The position numbers and the translations under genes were made by a program. 64,000 nt of DNA from an uncultured Christensenella sp. Its GTDB lineage: Bacteria > Bacillota > Clostridia > Christensenellales > UBA1242. Position 1 is the first letter of the stretch, and each line of letters begins with the position of its first letter. The notes below the pieces were generated by a model. It searched no databases and was not told where the DNA came from. It saw only the letters and a list, made by a program, of their open reading frames with translations. Where the stretch lies: positions 11,744-75,743 of the forward strand of contig CASFBJ010000020.1 of the NCBI GenBank assembly GCA_949292875.1, read 5' to 3'. Of the stretch, positions 45,873 through 53,347 are shown in pieces.

Positions 45873-47383
45873 CAAAAAATCAATATAAAAAATTAGGGGT
45901 AAATAGAAATTCGTATTCATTTGATTTTAATTACTTTCTAAATGGAATGAACTCTAGTATAGATGAAAGTATACAATCTGTATCTAATGCTTATTCTATT
46001 AAAAATTTTACAGTAAAAAAAGGTGTACTATCTACAGGACTAGGTTTAAGAATACTTACTTTTCCTAGTGATATGGAAGATGGCGCTGAAACACCTTATG
46101 AGCATACATATACAGGACAAGCATTAAGTGTTTATTCTTTTCCTTATTATGATGTACTTGCTAAAAAAGATAGAGATATGCTTTTCATATATACTTCAGA
46201 CCATTTGCTATACTACATGAAATATTCATCACCATATAGACCATTTTTTAAGTATAGTTGTCCCGAGTTTACTTCAATTCCTGATTATCTATATTATATA
46301 ATGCCTGACGGAAAAGAGTCCGGATTATTTTGTTCTGAGAATGAGCCTTTAACACTATTAAACTTTTTTGTCAATTATAAAGTTGTGGAAAATGCTCCAT
46401 CTATAACAAATTTGTGCGTGCATTATGATAGAGTGTTTGCTGTTACTCGTATAGGTAGAAGCAAAGTTTGGTTTAGTGATGAAATGGACCCTACAAATTG
46501 GAATATATCCAGTACTGAAGGCGGTTATATAGGTATGAATGATTCTTTAGGAGATTGTAAAAAAGTTTTGTCTTTCAATAACTATGTTTTTGTTTTTAGA
46601 GAATATGGAATAACAAGAATAACTGCTTACGCTTCTCAAGAAAGTTTTAGTATGCAAAATGTATACGCTTCATCAAATTATATATATACAAATACAGCTT
46701 GTATTTGTGGCGATGTAATTTGCTTTTTAGCAACTGATGGATTATATATGTTTGATGGAGTTAATGCTAAGAAAGTAAATGCAGGATTTGAAAAAATATA
46801 TGAAGGGATAAATCAAGACAAAGCAAAAGGCGTTTTTTATAAAAATAGCTATTATTTGATGATGAATACAAACTTAGCACCTATAAACGAATTGCAAAAT
46901 GTAAAAAATACGCTTTTACGATATGATTGTGAAGATGGTTTATACGATATTTTAACAAATGTAGAACTTATGGATATAGAAAAGATGACAAGTTCTGGTA
47001 TAGAACGATTGGTAAGTATAGATATACAATCTCATGAGGGAGAAGAAGGATTTGAAACAAGACTAAGTCAAATAAATTATTTTGGAGATGTGTATGGCAA
47101 AAGTACTGAGAAAGAATGGATTAGTCCCTATACAGATTTGGGTAAGCCTGATTACACTAAAAATATATATGCCATAGCATTGCAAACAACTTATGATTGT
47201 GATGTTGAAATAATTACAGACAAAATGAGTCAAATAGTTCATTTTAAAGGTAGCGATAAAGCTCAAAGAAAGCCCGTATTTGTAAGTGGAGTAATGATTA
47301 AAATTAAAATTTCTACACAAGAAAACGAGGCAATGATATCTCATCCTATCTTGTATTACAGGTTAGGAAAAGCAAATGCTTAA
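45863..47383 (+). CDS. putative tail-hub/stabilisation protein (assigned by position only)
   Basis: 506 aa, overlapping the previous ORF by 10 nt. Its size and position correspond to P22 gp10-type proteins. Appears beta-rich. Confidence 0.35.
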   Translation: MGIAKNQYKKLGVNRNSYSFDFNYFLNGMNSSIDESIQSVSNAYSIKNFTVKKGVLSTGLGLRILTFPSDMEDGAETPYEHTYTGQALSVYSFPYYDVLAKKDRDMLFIYTSDHLLYYMKYSSPYRPFFKYSCPEFTSIPDYLYYIMPDGKESGLFCSENEPLTLLNFFVNYKVVENAPSITNLCVHYDRVFAVTRIGRSKVWFSDEMDPTNWNISSTEGGYIGMNDSLGDCKKVLSFNNYVFVFREYGITRITAYASQESFSMQNVYASSNYIYTNTACICGDVICFLATDGLYMFDGVNAKKVNAGFEKIYEGINQDKAKGVFYKNSYYLMMNTNLAPINELQNVKNTLLRYDCEDGLYDILTNVELMDIEKMTSSGIERLVSIDIQSHEGEEGFETRLSQINYFGDVYGKSTEKEWISPYTDLGKPDYTKNIYAIALQTTYDCDVEIITDKMSQIVHFKGSDKAQRKPVFVSGVMIKIKISTQENEAMISHPILYYRLGKANA

Positions 47384-47450
47384 TGAAAAATTTGCACAAG
47401 AATTGAATATGATTTTGCGTGCTAATTACATAAAAAAAGGAGGGCATATA

Positions 47451-48386
47451 ATGGCTAAATTATTTGCTGATAATTCAAAAATAATAGATGAAGTAAAAAA
47501 ACAAAAACAAGATGTGATAGATAAGATTAAAGGAATAGATTCTACATTAAACCTTAATCCTATACCAGAAAAACCAGAATATGTTAGTGATGTTACATAT
47601 CTTGATGAGAAGAAATATGATGAACAAGATATAAAAGATAAAGCGGAAAATAGTTTAAGTTCATACAAAAACCAAAATGAGTTTAACATAGAAAAAAATT
47701 ATCAAAATGAAAAAACAAAAAATGAACAAAATATAGAAGATACTTTAAAAGAATTAGCTTCTGGAGAAAAGGATATAAAAGATTTGGCAAACAAAGCAAA
47801 AGAAGAAGCTAAAGAAAACTCTGTATCTAGAGGTTTGGGAAATAGTAGCATATACTCAACAAAAATAGATGATATAGAAAATGAAAAAACTATAGCCTTA
47901 AGTGAAATAAAAAGTCAAGCAGAGTCAAAAGTTAATGATTTAAAAAGAAAAAGTGCAGACTTAGAAAGACAGAGGGATACTGCACTTGCAAACTTTGAAA
48001 TTGAATATGCTGTTAAGTTGCAAAAAGAAATAGATTCTTTGACAAATGATATAACAGACTATAATAATAAAATTGTTGAATATAACAACAAACTTAAGGA
48101 AAATGAAGCTAAGAAAAAAGCTGAGTTTGACGAAAAGTATAAAAAAGAAGTTGAAAGAGTAGAGGAAAGAAATCAAGAAATTTTAAAGTTTTTAGATAAG
48201 TACGGCTACGGAGCATTAAATGCACAAATAAATAAGCAAAAAGTAGATATTGTTAATGAATATTTAAATACTTTAGATAAACAAACTGCGTTACTTGTCC
48301 TTATGGAAGATGAAAGTTTTAAAAATCTTATTGGAGAAGCGGAGTTTAATAAAATACTCACTCAGGTTAAAGAGAGAAAATATTAA
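47451..48386 (+). CDS. coiled-coil structural protein (possible needle/plug analogue)
   Basis: I prefer the ATG at 47451 (RBS AGGAGGG at 47438-47444), giving about 311 aa. It is highly charged and looks heptad-like (KE-rich) throughout. Confidence 0.4.
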   Translation: MAKLFADNSKIIDEVKKQKQDVIDKIKGIDSTLNLNPIPEKPEYVSDVTYLDEKKYDEQDIKDKAENSLSSYKNQNEFNIEKNYQNEKTKNEQNIEDTLKELASGEKDIKDLANKAKEEAKENSVSRGLGNSSIYSTKIDDIENEKTIALSEIKSQAESKVNDLKRKSADLERQRDTALANFEIEYAVKLQKEIDSLTNDITDYNNKIVEYNNKLKENEAKKKAEFDEKYKKEVERVEERNQEILKFLDKYGYGALNAQINKQKVDIVNEYLNTLDKQTALLVLMEDESFKNLIGEAEFNKILTQVKERKY

Positions 48387-48595
48387 TGTGGGAAGAAGTA
48401 TTAAGAGTTGCAATATCTAACGGAATATGGGCAGTTCTTTTTGTTGCTTTGCTTATTTATCAATTAAGAGATAGCTCTGCAAGAGAAGAAAAGTATCAAA
48501 AAACTATTGAAATTCTAACAGAAAAGTATGCGGTAATAGAAGATATAAAAGAAGATATACAAGATATAAAATTATCTTTGAATGGTAAGGAATAA
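48386..48595 (+). CDS. BhlA/UviB-family holin-like peptide
   Basis: 69 aa; its ATG overlaps the previous TAA (TAATG). GIWAVLFVALLIYQLRDSSAREEKYQKTIEILTEKY closely parallels the UviB/BhlA pattern (G.FA.LF..LL.Y......RE.KY...I..L), as I recall those sequences. Confidence 0.7.
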   Translation: MWEEVLRVAISNGIWAVLFVALLIYQLRDSSAREEKYQKTIEILTEKYAVIEDIKEDIQDIKLSLNGKE

Positions 48596-48919
48596 ATGAA
48601 AATTTTTTCAAATTACAAATTTTATTTAATTATCGCATACACAATAACTCTTATAGTATACAATGTTTGTCAAAGTTGTGGAATTATAGTTAGTGAAAGT
48701 TTTATTTTAAATATAATGTCTTACATACTAAGCATGCTAATAGCTTACAATGTTATAACAATAAATTCCAATAAGTCTGCCGATGAAATAAAGCAAGATT
48801 TAGAAGATATTTCAAATACTATAAATAGTGAAACGAATGAAGAAAATGTGCAAGATGAAAATAACGATGAAACACAAGAAACTAATCTTTGTAATGAAAC
48901 AAATGTAGACAAAAATTAA
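48596..48919 (+). CDS. small two-TM membrane protein with an acidic tail (possible second holin-like component)
   Basis: 107 aa, starting 1 nt after the previous stop. It has two hydrophobic helices and a D/E/N-rich C-terminus. Confidence 0.4.
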   Translation: MKIFSNYKFYLIIAYTITLIVYNVCQSCGIIVSESFILNIMSYILSMLIAYNVITINSNKSADEIKQDLEDISNTINSETNEENVQDENNDETQETNLCNETNVDKN

Positions 48920-48975
48920 TATATAAAATGAAATAAGCAAGTGAACTATGTGTTTTTAAAGCATATATGAAAATT

Positions 48976-49003
48976 AAAAAGGAACAATTGTTCCTTTTTT
49001 TTT
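48976..49003 (+). terminator. intrinsic terminator closing the phage-like module
   Basis: AAAAA-GGAAC, loop AATT, GTTCC, then TTTTTTTTT. Confidence 0.75.
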
Positions 49004-49085
49004 AATATATAAATCTATTTATTTATATTTTGCGTAAAAACAAGTATTTTTTATACAATTTTTTACAAAAATATAATTAAAGATA

Positions 49086-49114
49086 TTGCAATATTTTATT
49101 TTTATTGGTATAGT
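49086..49114 (+). promoter_or_regulatory. SigA-type extended -10 promoter of the Rho-like gene
   Basis: TTGCAA (49086-49091), a 17-nt spacer, then TGgTATAGT (-10 at 49109-49114). Confidence 0.6.
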
Positions 49115-49160
49115 AAAAGGCAGTAAATCATTATAGCCATTTTACTAAGGAGGAAAATAT

Positions 49161-50507
49161 ATGGAAGATGTAATTTTACCTAATTTAGAAGAATTAAGCA
49201 TTTATCAATTAAGAGCACTAGGAAGACAAGTAGGTGTTTGCTTACCTACAACATTAAAAAAACAAGATTTAATAAATAAAATTAGAGCTATAATGAGTGG
49301 AGCAGAAATGCCCTATGTTAAAACAACAAATAAGGGACGACCAGCAAAAGATGTAATAGATATAGACTTTATGAAAGCAACAGAAGAAGCATTTATGGGA
49401 TTAGATTCTAGTTATAAAACATCTTTGCCAGATTTGGCGTCTTACGAAACTTTGAAACCTAAAGATTATGCTAATTATGAAGAAAGCGTAGAAATGGGTT
49501 TAATTGAGATAAGTAGAGAGGGAAGTGGCTACTTGATGACTGTACCACAAACCATGAACGAGCCTATATATGTAAAGAGAACAACCGTTAGTGAGTTGAA
49601 TTTAAAGTCTGGAGATTTTTTAAGAGCTACTGTTATACAAGATGAGAAAAAAAATGTAGCATTTGTAAAAGATGTTATATCTATAAACGGACAAAAAAGC
49701 AAAAGCAGTTTACAAAATTATTCATTTGAAAGTGAAGAATCTTTATTAGAAAAAACACAAATAGTTAATGACGATACAAATGACAATTTCAAAAAACTAA
49801 AAAATATAGTTAAAACTTATTTGGGAGATAGGGTACTTTTGTATACTCCGGAAAAAAAGAGTGTACCCTATGTTATGTACGACACTATATCTATTCTTAG
49901 TAAAAATAATGCAATTACAGACATTGTATATTTGGGATTAAATGTAAATGCTGAGCTTGCTACTATGTTGCAAAGTTTTGAAAAAGTAACTCTAATTGCT
50001 TCAAAATTTGGAGATGCTCAAAACTATCAAAAAAAATTAGTTGAATTGGCTTTTAAACATGTGAATAATATTTCAAATATTCAAAGCAAAAATGTTGTCT
50101 TTGTTGTTCAAAATTTAAGTGAAGTTATCTCATTGTTTACAGACGAGAAAAAGACATACTTTAGTGACTATTGTAAGAAGTTTTTTTCAAAAGCAAAGCA
50201 AACAAGAAATGGCTCACTTACTATAGCCTATAATATAGTAGGAGATGAGGTTTTGCTTGATGAATACGAAACAAATGAAAATGTATTGTTAAAGTATTTG
50301 CCATATAAATGCTTGACAAATTGCTTTATAAAGTATAACCTTATAGAAAGTCATAGAACAGAATTCTTTTTGACTTATGCGAAAGACGATTTTAAAGAAA
50401 AGATTTTATCTTATCTAGAAAATGGGGATTATTGTTTAAAACATATTGAACTTGAAAAACTTATTAAGACACAATCATTAGATGTAGATGTATCTACGCT
50501 AATCTAG
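49161..50507 (+). CDS. Rho-like protein with degenerate ATPase motifs (probable pseudo-ATPase)
   Basis: 448 aa, RBS AAGGAGG. The Rho_N/SAP-like segment is LEELSIYQLRALGRQVGV...KKQDLINKIRAI. The Rho RNA-binding-domain-like segment is GLIEISREGSGYLMT...IYVKRTTVSELNLKSGDFLRATV. The C-terminal domain aligns with the Rho RecA core, but Walker A reads LGDRVLLYTPEKKSV (E. coli GQRGLIVAPPKAGKT) and Walker B reads NVVFVVQNLSE (E. coli DVIILLDSITR). Confidence 0.7.
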   Translation: MEDVILPNLEELSIYQLRALGRQVGVCLPTTLKKQDLINKIRAIMSGAEMPYVKTTNKGRPAKDVIDIDFMKATEEAFMGLDSSYKTSLPDLASYETLKPKDYANYEESVEMGLIEISREGSGYLMTVPQTMNEPIYVKRTTVSELNLKSGDFLRATVIQDEKKNVAFVKDVISINGQKSKSSLQNYSFESEESLLEKTQIVNDDTNDNFKKLKNIVKTYLGDRVLLYTPEKKSVPYVMYDTISILSKNNAITDIVYLGLNVNAELATMLQSFEKVTLIASKFGDAQNYQKKLVELAFKHVNNISNIQSKNVVFVVQNLSEVISLFTDEKKTYFSDYCKKFFSKAKQTRNGSLTIAYNIVGDEVLLDEYETNENVLLKYLPYKCLTNCFIKYNLIESHRTEFFLTYAKDDFKEKILSYLENGDYCLKHIELEKLIKTQSLDVDVSTLI

Positions 50508-50526
50508 GTTTAGGAGGTATATTTTT

Positions 50527-50733
50527 ATGTTGTTTGAGATGCAAGTTGAAGCAATGACCAAAAAAGTAGGAAATTCTTATGTTTTATCTAATCTATTGGG
50601 CAAAAGAGCAAAACAAATAGCTCAAAATCCGCCACAAGAAGTTATAGATGAAAAAAAGATACCTATTGAAATAGCAGCAAGTGAGATTTTAAAAGGTGAA
50701 ATAGTTGCTCAACAAACAAATCCAAATGCTTAA
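50527..50733 (+). CDS. rpoZ: DNA-directed RNA polymerase omega subunit
   Basis: 68 aa, RBS AGGAGG. NSYVLSNLLGKRAKQI...PIEIAASEILKGEI is omega-like. Confidence 0.75.
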   Translation: MLFEMQVEAMTKKVGNSYVLSNLLGKRAKQIAQNPPQEVIDEKKIPIEIAASEILKGEIVAQQTNPNA

Positions 50734-50803
50734 TTGCAAATTTAGTGCTTAGGCACTTTTTTTAAAATTAGATTAAAATTAAAATATATTTTAAATAAAA
50801 TAA

Positions 50804-50832
50804 TTGACAAACGATTATCTGTGTGATATACT
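50804..50832 (+). promoter_or_regulatory. SigA-type extended -10 promoter of the rpmG-secE-nusG operon
   Basis: TTGACA (50804-50809), a 17-nt spacer, then TGaTATACT (-10 at 50827-50832). Confidence 0.6.
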
Positions 50833-50881
50833 ACACTAGCACGATGAAAATCGTGTAATTTTTTGGTGTGAGGGAAAAAAG

Positions 50882-51031
50882 GTGAGAACTAAAATAACAT
50901 TACAATGTACTGAGTGTAAAGAAAATAATTACGACTCAATGAAAGAAAAGAAAAATAATCCTGAAAGATTAGAACTAAAGAAGTTTTGCCCTAAATGTAG
51001 AAAACATACATTGCATAAAGAAACAAAATAA
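50882..51031 (+). CDS. rpmG: 50S ribosomal protein L33
   Basis: GTG at 50882. Translation: [49 protein letters not shown] (49 aa, four Cys zinc ribbon). It falls below the ORF-track cut-off. Confidence 0.9.
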   Translation: MRTKITLQCTECKENNYDSMKEKKNNPERLELKKFCPKCRKHTLHKETK

Positions 51032-51053
51032 TTTCAATTGAGGAGTATAGACT

Positions 51054-51494
51054 ATGTCAAAATCAAATAAGAAAAAAAGTCACAAAACTTCTAACATAAC
51101 TAAAAAAGTAGAAAATGCTCAAAATCTTGATAATGTTCAAGATATAGAAAATGTAGAAAATGAGCAAGTTGAAGTTAAAGAAGTTAACGCAGAAGTTAAT
51201 GTTCAAGAAACTGAAACTGCTTCTAAGTCAAACAAAAAATCTGAGCAAAATAAGTTAGATAAAAACAACAAAAAAAATAAAGCAAATAAAAACAAAAAGG
51301 CTAAAGAAGGAAAGAAAACTTTTAGTCAAAAATGTAAAGCGCTAATGTCTGAACTTAAAAAAGTTACTTGGCCATCTTTTAAGGAGGCTTGTAAACAAAC
51401 AGGCGTAGTTTTAGCTTTAGTTGTTATTTTTGGTGTTGTTTTGTTAGGAATAAATCTGCTTTTAGGTTGGTTATTCGGTCTTATTGTCATGTAA
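51054..51494 (+). CDS. secE: preprotein translocase subunit SecE with a long Lys/Asn/Glu-rich N-terminal extension
   Basis: 146 aa. The C-terminal ~60 aa (ELKKVTWPSFKEACKQTGVVLALVVIFGVVLLGINLLLGW) is a canonical single-TM SecE. The first ~85 aa are low-complexity. Confidence 0.85.
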   Translation: MSKSNKKKSHKTSNITKKVENAQNLDNVQDIENVENEQVEVKEVNAEVNVQETETASKSNKKSEQNKLDKNNKKNKANKNKKAKEGKKTFSQKCKALMSELKKVTWPSFKEACKQTGVVLALVVIFGVVLLGINLLLGWLFGLIVM

Positions 51495-51545
51495 TAAATT
51501 AAAAAACTTATAATTTTAAATTAAGGAGAATAACATAGATAAGTT

Positions 51546-52070
51546 ATGGAAGTAATGGAAACAGAAGCAAAATGGTATGTTTTGCACACTTTTACTAATT
51601 ATGAAAATATAGCAAAAGAAAACTTAAAGTTGGTTATAGAAAACTTTAATCTTCATGATAGAATTTTTGACATAGTTATACCTATGCAAGATGTTATAGA
51701 AGAAAAAAAAGGTAAAAAAGTTATAGTTCAAAAGAAAATATTACCTTCTTACATTTTTATAAAAATGATTTACGGAGATGATATTTGGCACGCTATAACT
51801 AGAACTCGTGGTGTCACTGGTTTTGCTGGACCTAAGGGAAGACCACTCCCTCTTAGCGAAGATGAAATCAGACAAATGCATCTAGAAGATATAAAATGTG
51901 CTGATGTAAAAGTTGGCGACGCTATTGAAATTACAAATGGGCAACTTAGTGGTTGCACAGGTACTATTTTAAGTGTAAATGAAGAAAATGAAACTTGTAA
52001 GGTTCAAGTAGAAGCTTTTGGTAGAGACACTGAAGTAGAACTCACCTTTACAGACTTCAAAAAGTTATAA
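51546..52070 (+). CDS. nusG: transcription termination/antitermination factor NusG
   Basis: 174 aa with an NGN domain (KWYVLHTFTNYENIAKENL) and a KOW motif (GDAIEITNGQLSGCTGTI). Confidence 0.92.
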   Translation: MEVMETEAKWYVLHTFTNYENIAKENLKLVIENFNLHDRIFDIVIPMQDVIEEKKGKKVIVQKKILPSYIFIKMIYGDDIWHAITRTRGVTGFAGPKGRPLPLSEDEIRQMHLEDIKCADVKVGDAIEITNGQLSGCTGTILSVNEENETCKVQVEAFGRDTEVELTFTDFKKL

Positions 52071-52170
52071 AATTTTGGTTTAATCGCAAGTTTTTGCGTT
52101 TAAATAGTGGGAGACAAAAGTAAATCTTTTCATGCTTTGTCGCTTGACCACTTTATAAGGAGTGTCGTAT

Positions 52171-52599
52171 ATGGCAAAAAAAGAAATAACTGCAGTTGTA
52201 AAATTGCAATTGCCTGCAGGTAAGGCAACATCTGGTCCTCCAGTTGGTTCAACATTGGGTCCTCATGGAATCAATATTGGTGGATTTGTTAAAGAATTCA
52301 ACGAAAAAACTGCTTCTCAAGAAGGTTTAGTTATACCAGCAGTTATAACTATTTATAAGGACCGTTCTTTTGACTTTGTTCTTAAGACTCCACCTGTAGC
52401 AGTTTTAATCAAGAAAGAACTAGGATTAGCTTCCGCTTCTCCTAAACCAAACACACAAAAAGTCGGAAAACTTACTAAAGCTCAAGTTCAAAAAATAGCA
52501 GAATTAAAGATGCCAGACTTAAATGCTGTAACTCTTGAAGCTGCAATGAGTATGGTAAAAGGCTCTGCTCGTTCTATGGGCATAGAAGTAGAAGACTAG
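52171..52599 (+). CDS. rplK: 50S ribosomal protein L11
   Basis: ATG at 52171 (RBS AAGGAG). Translation begins [36 protein letters not shown]. Confidence 0.95.
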   Translation: MAKKEITAVVKLQLPAGKATSGPPVGSTLGPHGINIGGFVKEFNEKTASQEGLVIPAVITIYKDRSFDFVLKTPPVAVLIKKELGLASASPKPNTQKVGKLTKAQVQKIAELKMPDLNAVTLEAAMSMVKGSARSMGIEVED

Positions 52600-52609
52600 G
52601 AGGTGCGAT

Positions 52610-53293
52610 ATGGGAAAGAGATATGAAGAAGCTAAAAAGATTTTAGAGAAAGGCAAAGTTTACGATGTCGCAGAAGCTGTTCAACTAGTTATAGATACTG
52701 CAAAAGCTAAGTTTGATGAATCTGTTGAATTACATGTAAGACTTGGTGTTGATGGTAGACAAGCAGACCAACAAGTAAGAGGAACTGTTGTTCTTCCTCA
52801 TGGTACAGGAAAGAAAGTTAAAGTATTAGTATTAGCTAAGGGTGATAAGGCTGATGAGGCTGAAAAAGCTGGTGCTGATTATGTAGGCGCTGAAGACATG
52901 ATTTCAAAAATACTTGCAGGATTTACAGATTTTGATGTTTGTATTACAACTGCAGACCCTGAAATGATGAAGTTAGTTGGTAGAGTAGCTAAGGTTTTAG
53001 GTCCTAAAGGACTTATGCCAAGCCCTAAGAGTGGAACAGTTACTAATGATGTAGCTAAAGCTATAACTGATGCTAAAGCTGGTAAAGTAGAATATAGATT
53101 AGATAAAACTAATATTATTCATGTAAGCATTGGAAAAGTAAGTTTCGGTGCTGAAAAACTTAAAGAAAACTTGGATACAATTATGTATGCAATTATCAAA
53201 GCTAAACCAGTTGCAGCTAAAGGAACATACCTAAAGAGCGTTACTTTAAGTTCAACTATGGGACCTGGAATTAAAGTAAATTATGCAAATTAG
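52610..53293 (+). CDS. rplA: 50S ribosomal protein L1
   Basis: 227 aa with [34 protein letters not shown]. Confidence 0.95.
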   Translation: MGKRYEEAKKILEKGKVYDVAEAVQLVIDTAKAKFDESVELHVRLGVDGRQADQQVRGTVVLPHGTGKKVKVLVLAKGDKADEAEKAGADYVGAEDMISKILAGFTDFDVCITTADPEMMKLVGRVAKVLGPKGLMPSPKSGTVTNDVAKAITDAKAGKVEYRLDKTNIIHVSIGKVSFGAEKLKENLDTIMYAIIKAKPVAAKGTYLKSVTLSSTMGPGIKVNYAN

Positions 53294-53300
53294 TAAAAAA

Positions 53301-53324
53301 AACTCCGTTAAGGAGTTTTTTTTT
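53301..53324. terminator. bidirectional intrinsic terminator after rplA
   Basis: A-run, AACTCC, loop GTTAA, GGAGTT, then a T-run. The convergent kinase gene ends at 53348. Confidence 0.75.
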
Positions 53325-53347
53325 AATTAATATATCAAAAGATTAAA

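Larger units (their letters stand above)
40767..48919 (+). mobile_element. phage-derived structural (head plus tail-hub) gene module with no identifiable mobility, replication or lysogeny functions
   Basis: Ten co-directional, tightly packed ORFs: TerS-like, portal, scaffold, capsid, four unknown structural-size ORFs, a BhlA/UviB holin-like peptide and a small membrane protein. The block is bounded by core genes and closed by a strong terminator at 48976-49003. Confidence 0.75.

Noticed and set aside
50840-50866. A CACGAT-GAAA-ATCGTG hairpin followed by TAATTTTTT, between the rpmG promoter and the rpmG start codon; a possible attenuator.
   Set aside because: It has only a 6-bp stem with an interrupted U-tract. 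It is more likely a 5'-end stabilising hairpin. There is no competing antiterminator structure or recognisable leader family.
52071-52170. A possible L1-binding autoregulatory leader upstream of rplK (GGGAGACAAAAG... segment).
   Set aside because: It is plausible by position, but I cannot demonstrate the conserved 23S-mimic structure by eye. A covariance-model scan is needed before calling it.
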